Of a stretch of 64,000 nucleotides of DNA, positions 1 through 8,382 are shown in pieces. The DNA is taken from NCBI GenBank assembly GCA_938045585.1, contig CALIAU010000004.1:25534-89533 (forward strand), written 5' to 3'. The translations under genes were made by a program, and so were the position numbers. Positions within the stretch are counted from its first letter, which is position 1, and each line of letters opens with the position of its first letter. This DNA comes from an uncultured Saprospiraceae bacterium. Its GTDB lineage: Bacteria > Bacteroidota > Bacteroidia > Chitinophagales > Saprospiraceae. The notes below the pieces were generated by a model. The model was not told the origin of the DNA. It worked only from the letters and a program-made list of their open reading frames with translations, and made no database searches.

Positions 1-471
1 TCTCAGCGGTATGTCTATCCTTTCTTCGATCCTCCGACAAAATTTTATAAGAGAGCCAACCTTGCAAAGGCCATATGTATAGTAGGATTCACGACTATGA
101 TTTCTTCTGAATTTATTGCACATAAAACAAGTTGGTGGAACATCCAATCCCCTATCGTTCAAGGTGTATGGAAGATTGACAAATTAGAATCAGAGTCAGA
201 GGATCTCCCTAGATTTGAGCGTTTCTTTTTTGAACGTGGCAGGCGTGGCATTGTGACTTCAGAAAACGATACTATTTCAGGCTTTCAATATATTATTGAC
301 ACTAGTTATCAGCAATTTGAATTTTGGAATTTTCACAATCACAGAAATCTGGACTTTAAAGGCAAATATGAATTAGTGGGAAATGACACGCTTATCTACA
401 GGGGGCGAAATAATAAAGATAGTCTGATGATGCAATTGTCTAGGATTAAGAAGTATGAGCGTACGAATTAA
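1..471 (+). CDS. hypothetical protein, possibly 5'-truncated by the window edge
   Basis: ORF track gives 97..471. I translated the same frame from nt 1 and found no stop before 97, so the true start may lie upstream of the window. No recognisable motifs. Confidence 0.35.
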   Translation, partial: SQRYVYPFFDPPTKFYKRANLAKAICIVGFTTMISSEFIAHKTSWWNIQSPIVQGVWKIDKLESESEDLPRFERFFFERGRRGIVTSENDTISGFQYIIDTSYQQFEFWNFHNHRNLDFKGKYELVGNDTLIYRGRNNKDSLMMQLSRIKKYERTN

Positions 472-597
472 AAATCAATATTAAGTCCTAGCTTGCACAA
501 AACCAACTACGAAATATAGCAAATTATTTTAGCCTGCTGATTTCCTCTTAATTCACTTTTGATACAGTACATTTATCCATCAAGTGGAGTAGAGTAT

Positions 598-1383
598 TTA
601 CAAAAACTTTATAAATTTCGTTGTAAACATAATTTTATCCTTTTTCCGTATCCTCGCCAAATAGCTTCCCTGTGGTAGGTGGCTAATAGAAATGTCTAAA
701 CAATTAGCATCGCAGGAGGTACTCATCGCTACCCTTCCAAATATGTCAATAAGTTCAAACTTAAAGGCACCGAAGCTATTATCCAACAGCAAATTGATAT
801 GGGAACTCGCAGGGTTTGGATAAAACTTTAGATCAAGAATATTATCAATGTCATCTGTATCGGTAATATTATCACAGCCAGAATCTTCTATCCAATATTG
901 AGTAAATAAATCAAAATCAAATTCGAATACGCCTTGTTCTGTAGGAAAGGGCAAACCAGAAATAAAACCTGTAACCGTATTATCTATCACCCTAAGCATA
1001 CTAGTATACTCATATACATTGGGCCATCTATAATCTCCTGCTATATCCCAACTATTCTCTATGTCTGTAATTTTAGGAAGTATCAAAAAGATAACATCAT
1101 CTACTGAAACAAAGTCTCCACCCGCCATAGAAAAAACCCCATTACACTCAAAGTCCGTACCATCCCATATTCTAATATTTGTTCTAGTTTCGACGCCACT
1201 AATCACTTCTATAAGTTCTAGATTAATGCCATCGCTATCCTTAGCAGTTACTGTACCTGACACTACAATGCTCTCTGGATGCAAGGAAGCAGTTTCGCAA
1301 AATGATTTAGGAACAAAGGTACAGGCGAACGCAGTCTGAGCATATGTACTTATGAAAATTAGAAAGAGCAGGGTTCTTTTCAT
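598..1383 (-). CDS. secreted protein with T9SS type A (Por_Secre_tail-like) C-terminal sorting domain
   Basis: N-terminal signal peptide (MKRTLLFLIFISTYAQTAFA). C-terminal ~75 aa start with KFYPNPASSHINLLL and have the beta-rich tail typical of type A CTDs. Confidence 0.7.
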   Translation of the reverse strand: MKRTLLFLIFISTYAQTAFACTFVPKSFCETASLHPESIVVSGTVTAKDSDGINLELIEVISGVETRTNIRIWDGTDFECNGVFSMAGGDFVSVDDVIFLILPKITDIENSWDIAGDYRWPNVYEYTSMLRVIDNTVTGFISGLPFPTEQGVFEFDFDLFTQYWIEDSGCDNITDTDDIDNILDLKFYPNPASSHINLLLDNSFGAFKFELIDIFGRVAMSTSCDANCLDISISHLPQGSYLARIRKKDKIMFTTKFIKFL

Positions 1384-1510
1384 GACTTCCTTTTTTGATT
1401 AAACATTGGATTCTATTCTAGTATATCCAAATATTCTCAAAAACGTTGCCTTCTAAGTTAGGTATAAAGCTTAACAACAAAAGTCTTGTATACACTAAAT
1501 CAAAGCTCCC

Positions 1511-2908
1511 CTAATTAATAATTTCTAGAGGTTTCGTCGTTTTCCATTGTCCGCGTGTGAAATCTGGGAATGATTGTACTGCGCCTCCCTGGGCTACAGA
1601 TAATTCGCTTAAGGGTGCCACTGCACTCCAGAAACATCCTTCATAAACATTTTGATCTAATGGCCAACCATTTCGCAAGCATTCGATAATACGATAGACC
1701 ATCATTCCGTCCATTCCTCCATGTCCACTATCTTTCGTTTTCTGATTCAGTCTTGTGTACAAAGGATGATCATATTTTTGATACAATACTTCCAGTTGGT
1801 CCCCCTGTACCCATCGGTGGTGGTCCTTAGTCAGGCCTTCTACCCCTCCTTCTAAGGCTACACGTGTGGGAAAACCTGCTAATGTTCCTAGGGTACCCTG
1901 AATAAGATTATGACGTGTATAGGGTCGCGGACTTGTCTCGTCCCATTGAATCATAATCGTTCTACCTACTTCAGTTTTTATGATGGAGGTGTTTAAATCT
2001 CCCCCTTTAAAATCTAGAGCATTCCATGTATGATCCTTAGGATAATTTTCCTGTGCATATTTTTTTCTGCCTAGACCAGGTGTGGAAAATGATACGATAC
2101 TTTTAAAATTATCATCGGTCCTAGCCAGGTTCATGTATTGGGCAACAGGACCTAATCCATGGGTAGGATATAAATTTCCATTTCTATTTGCATAGTGATG
2201 TGTTCGCCAAAAACCTGTTCCTCTTTTTACATCCTCCATCTGCCATCGCAGTTCGTGTATATACGCAGCTTCTGCATGTAATAACTCACCAATTACTCCC
2301 TGTCTGCACATATTTAGAAACATCAGTTCATCTCTGCTGTAGTTTACATTCTCCATCATCATGCAATGCTTCTGCGTGCGTTCTGAGGTATTTACCAGAT
2401 CCCACATTTCTTCTAGGCTAACAGCAATAGGAACTTCAATAAACACGTGTGCACCCTGCTGCATAGATTCTATTGCCATAGGAGCATGGTTGTTCCAATT
2501 TGTTGCGATAAAGACTACATCTGGTTTTACTTCTTGCAACATGGATTTCCATTTGTCTTCTGAACCAGAATAGACTTTAATCCTATTATGCCTTTGTCCC
2601 TGCCCAATATCTTCCGCCTCTTTTTTCCATCGCAAGACATGATCCTCATATAAATCACTGATAGCAACTACTTCTGTTCCCTCTAGTCTAGCAGAAAACC
2701 TGAGATGATCTCCCCCTCTATTCCCTACTCCTATGAATGCCATTCTTATGTTGGTCAATTTCTCTGCTGCAAAGTCACCCATATAAGTTCCTTCTTGTTC
2801 AGGTATCTCTTGTGTCACCTTACATGCTTGTCCAGAAAATCCAGTCGCAATGGCGCCACTTGTTAGAGAGGCATTTTTTAAAAATTTTCTTCTATTGATA
2901 TTTTTCAT
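1511..2908 (-). CDS. Gfo/Idh/MocA-family NAD-dependent oxidoreductase with twin-arginine signal (GH109-like architecture)
   Basis: Tat motif NRRKFLKNASLTSGAIATG at the N-terminus. Rossmann segment MAFIGVGNRGG. Length of 465 aa and overall pattern match Tat-exported Gfo/Idh/MocA / GH109-like proteins. Confidence 0.75.
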   Translation of the reverse strand: MKNINRRKFLKNASLTSGAIATGFSGQACKVTQEIPEQEGTYMGDFAAEKLTNIRMAFIGVGNRGGDHLRFSARLEGTEVVAISDLYEDHVLRWKKEAEDIGQGQRHNRIKVYSGSEDKWKSMLQEVKPDVVFIATNWNNHAPMAIESMQQGAHVFIEVPIAVSLEEMWDLVNTSERTQKHCMMMENVNYSRDELMFLNMCRQGVIGELLHAEAAYIHELRWQMEDVKRGTGFWRTHHYANRNGNLYPTHGLGPVAQYMNLARTDDNFKSIVSFSTPGLGRKKYAQENYPKDHTWNALDFKGGDLNTSIIKTEVGRTIMIQWDETSPRPYTRHNLIQGTLGTLAGFPTRVALEGGVEGLTKDHHRWVQGDQLEVLYQKYDHPLYTRLNQKTKDSGHGGMDGMMVYRIIECLRNGWPLDQNVYEGCFWSAVAPLSELSVAQGGAVQSFPDFTRGQWKTTKPLEIIN

Positions 2909-3070
2909 AAAGCTAGATTATATCAGTTTACGATTATCATTGAATGTAAGGAATATGCTTAAATTAAAAGCAAATACATACAAGCAAATCGTTTTATTGC
3001 TTGGGACCGGGTAAGTACTTTTTTTACTATCTTATCCTAAAGTTCAATTCTGTACATTAAAGCCCATACC

Positions 3071-3664
3071 ATGAAGCGTATCTCTATAACATCTTTGGTC
3101 CTAACTCTATTCGTTCTTCTTCCTTCATGTAAGAAATCAAAAGCTCTCACAAAAGAAAGCAGCTCTCGATCTTTAAACACACAGTTATTACACCATTTTG
3201 ATAAAAACAGATCTGAGGCTCAATTTATTTTTGTAAGGCATGCTGAAAAAAGAAAAGAAGACAATCCCCGATTAACGGAAGAGGGCACTGCACGTGCAAA
3301 GGTCTTATCCCAACTTTTGGAGAAGGTAGAGATAGACAGGGTATATTCTACAGACTATAGAAGAACGATGGAAACAGCTACACCGACAGCAGAAAATAAG
3401 AACTTAAAAATTATGGAGTACGACCCACGGGATTTAGCTGGGTTTTCAAAAAGCATCCTCGAGAATCATTCTGAGCATACCCTTCTTATTGTGGGACATT
3501 CTAATACGACACCAACACTTATAAATCATGTGCTCGGTGAGGAACGCGTAGAGAAAATCTTAGAAACTGATTATGACAATCTCTTTATTGTAAAACGCTT
3601 ACAAGACGGAAGTTTGCAGTTAGAGGAATTGCATTTTGATCAAAGTGGCATAAAATCACTTTGA
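3071..3664 (+). CDS. histidine phosphatase family (SixA/phosphoglycerate-mutase-like) lipoprotein
   Basis: Lipoprotein-like signal (LLPSC). Catalytic-type FVRHAEK (RHx) motif and downstream IVGHSNT motif. Confidence 0.65.
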   Translation: MKRISITSLVLTLFVLLPSCKKSKALTKESSSRSLNTQLLHHFDKNRSEAQFIFVRHAEKRKEDNPRLTEEGTARAKVLSQLLEKVEIDRVYSTDYRRTMETATPTAENKNLKIMEYDPRDLAGFSKSILENHSEHTLLIVGHSNTTPTLINHVLGEERVEKILETDYDNLFIVKRLQDGSLQLEELHFDQSGIKSL

Positions 3665-3666
3665 TC

Positions 3667-3792
3667 TTAGTTACATGCCTTAAAAGCGCCAAAAAAAATT
3701 GCAAGCCATACTAAGCCTTTGATAAAGAAGAAAGCAAACGCGCCCCAGCCCATTCGCTTTAACCATGACTTCTTATTATTTTCTTCTTTCAT
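3667..3792 (-). CDS. possible 41-aa small membrane protein (below the ORF-track size cutoff)
   Basis: My own translation: MKEENNKKSWLKRMGWGAFAFFFIKGLVWLAIFFGAFKACN. ATG at 3792 lies 3 nt after the stop (3796-3798) of the upstream PD40 gene on the same strand. One hydrophobic helix. Confidence 0.3.
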   Translation of the reverse strand: MKEENNKKSWLKRMGWGAFAFFFIKGLVWLAIFFGAFKACN

Positions 3793-3795
3793 TTG

Positions 3796-5052
3796 CTAGT
3801 CTACCCAGTCAGCTACGAATAAATTAGTTTCCCTTGTTCCTCCATTATTCCTATTGGATGAAAAGGCCAGTTTCTTGCCATCAGGCGAAAACATAGGAAA
3901 GGAATCAAAGGTATCATCAAAGGTGATTTGCTCTAATCCTGTTCCATCTAGATTTACCATGAATAAGTTAAAAGGAAAGCCTCTCTTAGAATTATGGTTG
4001 CTTGCAAAGATAACCTTCTCTCCAGAAGGGTGAAAGAAGGGAGCCCAATTTGCATTTCCAAGATCAGTAATCTTTTTCAAATCAGATCCATCGACATTGC
4101 AAACATACAACTCCATTTCTGTGGGTTGTACCAGTCCTTTTGCTAGCAGGTCTGTATATTCTTTTTTTGCTGCATCCGTTTGCGGTCTGCTTGCCCTAAA
4201 GATTAATTTCTTTCCATCTGGAGAGAAAAATGCTCCTCCGTCATATCCCAAGCCACTTGTTACTTGTTTCTTATTTGACCCATCAATGTTCATAGTCCAT
4301 AATTCAAGATCGCCAGATCTTGTAGAAGTATACACAATCAAATCACCTTGTGGATTTACTGTTGCTTCTGCATCATATCCTGGTTCGTCTGTGAGTTGTG
4401 CTATAACCTTACCGTTCAGGTCTGCCACAAAAATGTCAAAGTCAGGATAAATTGGCCAAACATATTTATCCCCTCTAGGTGGTTCTTCTGGACAGGCTTC
4501 ATCCCCTAAATGGGTAGAGGCATATAATACAGATTTATTACCTGGCATAAAATAACTACAGGTAGTTCTTCCTTTTCCAGTACTGAGTAAAGGAGCAATC
4601 TCTCCTTTTTTGACTGGTGCATAGGGGTCCATTAAATATATCTGATCACATGATGCGCCCCATGCTTCGTTTTTCGCTTGGAAGACAAGTTTCCTATTAT
4701 CAAAACTCCAATAGGCTTCCGCATTATCTCCTCCAAAGGTGAGCTGTTTCAAATTTTTAATGTGTTTTTCTTTGGGATAGCTCAAATCTGCAAGCATAGC
4801 ACTTTTCTTGCCTTTTGCACCATGTCCGTGTCCCTTATGTCCATCCTTCCCATGTGCATGGCTACTATGATCGTGCCCACCTTCTCCATGAGCATGCCCG
4901 CTGTGGTCATGTCCATCATGATTATGTGCTTCTTTTGCTTCTTTCCCATGTGTGTGACTGCCGTCGCTGTGGCTATGCTCTTTACAGGCAGTAAGTGATA
5001 GTCCTAAGCAAAGTGTAAGCGCATATATATAATTGATTCTTGTAAAGTTCAT
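3796..5052 (-). CDS. TolB-like PD40 beta-propeller lipoprotein with His-rich N-terminal tract
   Basis: Lipoprotein signal (LSLTAC). Repeated PD40 signatures FSPDGKKLIFRAS and FSPDGKKLAFSSNR. N-terminal HxH-rich low-complexity segment. Confidence 0.8.
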   Translation of the reverse strand: MNFTRINYIYALTLCLGLSLTACKEHSHSDGSHTHGKEAKEAHNHDGHDHSGHAHGEGGHDHSSHAHGKDGHKGHGHGAKGKKSAMLADLSYPKEKHIKNLKQLTFGGDNAEAYWSFDNRKLVFQAKNEAWGASCDQIYLMDPYAPVKKGEIAPLLSTGKGRTTCSYFMPGNKSVLYASTHLGDEACPEEPPRGDKYVWPIYPDFDIFVADLNGKVIAQLTDEPGYDAEATVNPQGDLIVYTSTRSGDLELWTMNIDGSNKKQVTSGLGYDGGAFFSPDGKKLIFRASRPQTDAAKKEYTDLLAKGLVQPTEMELYVCNVDGSDLKKITDLGNANWAPFFHPSGEKVIFASNHNSKRGFPFNLFMVNLDGTGLEQITFDDTFDSFPMFSPDGKKLAFSSNRNNGGTRETNLFVADWVD

Positions 5053-5112
5053 CTATTCCTTTAATTCTAAAATTAAGTAGTTATTTTTACGCTACGAAAA
5101 TAACAATGCTCC

Positions 5113-6348
5113 ATGAGATACCTATACTTTATCATATTTATTCTTTTTATTTCCTGTAAGCAAACGCAATATTCTACTGATTTTAAAAGTAGTTCTATCC
5201 AAACTGATGTAAGGTATCTGGCCTCAGATGCTCTTAAGGGCAGAAAAATTGGAACTCCAGGCGAACAGATGGCTGCCTTGTTTATTGCAAAACGTTTTAA
5301 AGCCCTTGGCCTTAGCTCCTATCCAGCAAATCAGGACTATTTACAGTATTTCTCTGTAAATAAAAATGCACACCCTCATGCTTTTCCAGCAGAAGATGGT
5401 GTAGACGAAATTAAGGGAAAAAATGTAGTTGCCTATATAGATAATGGTGCAGATCAAAACATAGTCTTAGGTGGTCATTATGATCATTTGGGAATGGGGG
5501 AATTTGGATCATTACATATGGGGGCACCTCAAATACATAATGGGGCGGATGATAACGCAAGTGGTATAGCAGCTTTACTACAACTGGCAAAAGATCTACA
5601 AACTGCTTCTAAAGACTACAACTATATTTTTATTGCTTTCTCTGGAGAAGAAATGGGTCTATGGGGTTCTAATTATTGGATTAAAAATCCTGATGTGGAT
5701 GTAAGCAGTATTGCATACATGATCAACATGGATATGATAGGTAGACTGAATAAAGAACGAAAGTTACATATCAGCGGAACCGGCACGTCTCCTCGCTTTG
5801 AAAGTATTTTAGACCAAGCGAATTCTTATAAATTTTCTTTGGTAAAAAGCGCATCAGGTATGGGACCCTCTGATTTTAGTTCATTCTATAATGCTGACAT
5901 TCCAGTTCTTAGTTTTTTTACAGGACAGCATGAAGATTACCATAAGCCTAGTGATGATATTGAAAAATTAAATTACCAAGGCATTATGGATATAGCCAAG
6001 TATATCAATAGCATCGTGCATATGGTAAACAAAGAAGGCCGACCGAAATTCACCAAGACCAAGGATGAAGAGCAAACACGCATGGACTTTAAAGTTACCC
6101 TTGGTGTGATGCCAGATTATTTGTATGATGGAGAAGGTATGCGCATTGATGGAGTACGCGAAGGTAGAACAGCATCTAATGCCGGAATTCAAAAAGGTGA
6201 TATTGTCCTTAAGATAGCTAGCATAGAAGTTATGGACATGATGTCCTATATGAAGGCCTTAGGTGAATTTGAAGAAGGACAAACTGTAGATATCGTAATA
6301 AAACGAGATGGGAAAGAAATGGTAAAAGAAGCCACCTTTGTAAAATAA
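5113..6348 (+). CDS. M28-family zinc aminopeptidase with C-terminal PDZ domain
   Basis: M28 metal-ligand context (GGHYDHLG, GADDNASG, SGEEMGLWGS, MDMIG). C-terminal PDZ-like GMRIDGVREGRTASNAGIQKGDIVLKI. Confidence 0.8.
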   Translation: MRYLYFIIFILFISCKQTQYSTDFKSSSIQTDVRYLASDALKGRKIGTPGEQMAALFIAKRFKALGLSSYPANQDYLQYFSVNKNAHPHAFPAEDGVDEIKGKNVVAYIDNGADQNIVLGGHYDHLGMGEFGSLHMGAPQIHNGADDNASGIAALLQLAKDLQTASKDYNYIFIAFSGEEMGLWGSNYWIKNPDVDVSSIAYMINMDMIGRLNKERKLHISGTGTSPRFESILDQANSYKFSLVKSASGMGPSDFSSFYNADIPVLSFFTGQHEDYHKPSDDIEKLNYQGIMDIAKYINSIVHMVNKEGRPKFTKTKDEEQTRMDFKVTLGVMPDYLYDGEGMRIDGVREGRTASNAGIQKGDIVLKIASIEVMDMMSYMKALGEFEEGQTVDIVIKRDGKEMVKEATFVK

Positions 6349-6349
6349 A

Positions 6350-6967
6350 TTAAGCCTGAGCTAATTCTATGTTCATTTGCTTTTTCCAAGAGAAGTAGCC
6401 GTAGACACACAACAGCAAATAAATAAAAAACAAAAATGCAAAATAATACAGACCTTTGTATAGATACACAGGTAATGCTACAATGTCTACCACAAACCAG
6501 AGAAACCAATTTTGTAAATATTTTTTAGCCAATAGAAATTGAGCAACTAAGCTGCCAGAAGTTGTGAATGCGTCAAAGTATGGTAAATCTGCATCCGTGT
6601 AGTTCTGCATAACATAGCCTAATATAAAGCTGCCAGCAAGTGTAATCAAAATAGAAAGTAGTATTCCTTTTTGAGAAAGTAGACTTGTCGCTCTTACCTG
6701 CTTATCACTCTCTTTTTGGAGCCACATGACCCAACCATAAATATTCAAGAAAATGTAAATGATGTGCAATCCAAAATCAGAATACAGTTTTGAATTAAAA
6801 AAAATATAGGAAGCAATAGCAACACTTATTATTCCAAAAGGCCATGCATAGATTTTTTCTTTGGCCTGGAACACCACTGCTAGAATTCCGGTAATGGTTG
6901 CAATTATTTCAAGTATTTCCATCTGGGCTGAAATATACAAATCTTTGCTGAACGGACGAACAGACAA
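6350..6967 (-). CDS. pnuC: nicotinamide riboside/mononucleotide transporter PnuC
   Basis: About 200-aa polytopic membrane protein with the PnuC-like pattern WPFGIISV...YSD...YGWVMW and a repeated half. Confidence 0.7.
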   Translation of the reverse strand: MSVRPFSKDLYISAQMEILEIIATITGILAVVFQAKEKIYAWPFGIISVAIASYIFFNSKLYSDFGLHIIYIFLNIYGWVMWLQKESDKQVRATSLLSQKGILLSILITLAGSFILGYVMQNYTDADLPYFDAFTTSGSLVAQFLLAKKYLQNWFLWFVVDIVALPVYLYKGLYYFAFLFFIYLLLCVYGYFSWKKQMNIELAQA

Positions 6968-7069
6968 TAGAATCGACTTAGGCTAGTTTAGTTCATAGGC
7001 TCCAAGAAATTCATGTTTCTTTTTTACTAATACTCATTTCTGTACCTTCGATTTATAAGAATCAATTAG

Positions 7070-7726
7070 ATGTACGGGAGTTGCTATATTCATAATGAGT
7101 GCAGAATGCTTAGAGCTGCAATACCAAAACTGACAGGCGCATATAAGGACATGGAAACTGTGGCTGATATCTTTGACTACCTTAGAAGCAGTCTAATAGA
7201 AGAATTTAAAGCCAAAGCAGATTCGATTATCTTAGATCTGTTGTTTAGGAACCATTACCCAAACTACTTTAAAGAACGTCCGGAAATATCCATTAGGCAT
7301 TTTGATTTAGTGCTTGCCCGCTCATTGGGCTTTCAAAATTTTGAAGAATATAAATCTAGTAAGGATGTTCCCATAAGTCCAAACTTTGAAACTGCAGTCC
7401 ATTTATTACTCACAGGATCAAAAAGTGAATTAATTACTCATCTCAATACCTACCCTGCACTATTGTTTCAAAATAGCGTACTAGGACATCGTGCACGTTT
7501 AATTGACTATATTTCTTCAAATGGTGTAGAGATATGGAGACAAATTGTTCCGTTAAATGCTGCAGAAATCTTGAATGAAATATGTAAGTTTGATTTTGAT
7601 CGGTATGTAACTAATAACATATATGGTGGTAGCACGTTAAGAGCTTTGATAGAAAGTAGCGCACATCCAAAAGCAGCAAATATTACGGGTGCATTGATTG
7701 AAATACTCAACAAACATAAGTTATGA
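7070..7726 (+). CDS. hypothetical protein (start uncertain)
   Basis: ORF only. Its stop overlaps the next start in an ATGA arrangement at 7723-7726, which suggests co-translation with the following gene. Confidence 0.45.
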   Translation: MYGSCYIHNECRMLRAAIPKLTGAYKDMETVADIFDYLRSSLIEEFKAKADSIILDLLFRNHYPNYFKERPEISIRHFDLVLARSLGFQNFEEYKSSKDVPISPNFETAVHLLLTGSKSELITHLNTYPALLFQNSVLGHRARLIDYISSNGVEIWRQIVPLNAAEILNEICKFDFDRYVTNNIYGGSTLRALIESSAHPKAANITGALIEILNKHKL

Positions 7727-8364
7727 AACAAATTTTTCTTCTCATCAGTCTCTGTTCACTTATTGCCTGTTCTAAAAAGATAGTTGAGCCAGTTCCTGCT
7801 GAACGCATTGACAGACTCTATACGTATTTAGCAGGTAGTTATACGAATACAGAACAAGTAGAAAGCTCTGAAGCAGAAGAATACCTATTACATATTGCAC
7901 CTATTTGGCAAGACTTGAAGGGAGAACATTGGCTGTATGTAGAACGACGCAATGTAAATAGTCCAAATGTTCCTACGCAGCAACAGGTCATAAAACTGGT
8001 AGAAAGCATGGATTTCCTAAAACAACAGGTGTACTTTCTACCTAATGCTAAAGACTATATAGGGGCCTGGAAAAATACCGCAGTTTTTGATTCGATCACA
8101 CCAAGTGATGTAAAAAAAATAAGTGGTTGTACTGTCTTTTTTAAAGAGGCTGAAAAAGATAATTTCAAAGGAATCACACTAGGTAAAAACTGTGGCAATA
8201 GATTTAAAGGTGCTAAATATGCGCGCACTGATATGAGTGTAAGACCAGAACACATTCGTTGGTTGCACCAGGGCTTTGACGAGAATAATCAATTTATCTG
8301 GGGACCAAAACATGGAGGAATAGAGTTTGTACAATTGGAAGAAAAAAATATGGATAAGAAATAG
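7723..8364 (+). CDS. CpcT/CpeT-like (DUF1001) lipoprotein
   Basis: Lipoprotein signal (SLIAC). Pattern LAGSYTNTEQ ... WLYVE ... GC ... G ... C ... GAKY resembles the CpcT/CpeT lipocalin-like family. Confidence 0.5.
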   Translation: MKQIFLLISLCSLIACSKKIVEPVPAERIDRLYTYLAGSYTNTEQVESSEAEEYLLHIAPIWQDLKGEHWLYVERRNVNSPNVPTQQQVIKLVESMDFLKQQVYFLPNAKDYIGAWKNTAVFDSITPSDVKKISGCTVFFKEAEKDNFKGITLGKNCGNRFKGAKYARTDMSVRPEHIRWLHQGFDENNQFIWGPKHGGIEFVQLEEKNMDKK

Positions 8365-8382
8365 AGCTTGTAGGTGGACATC

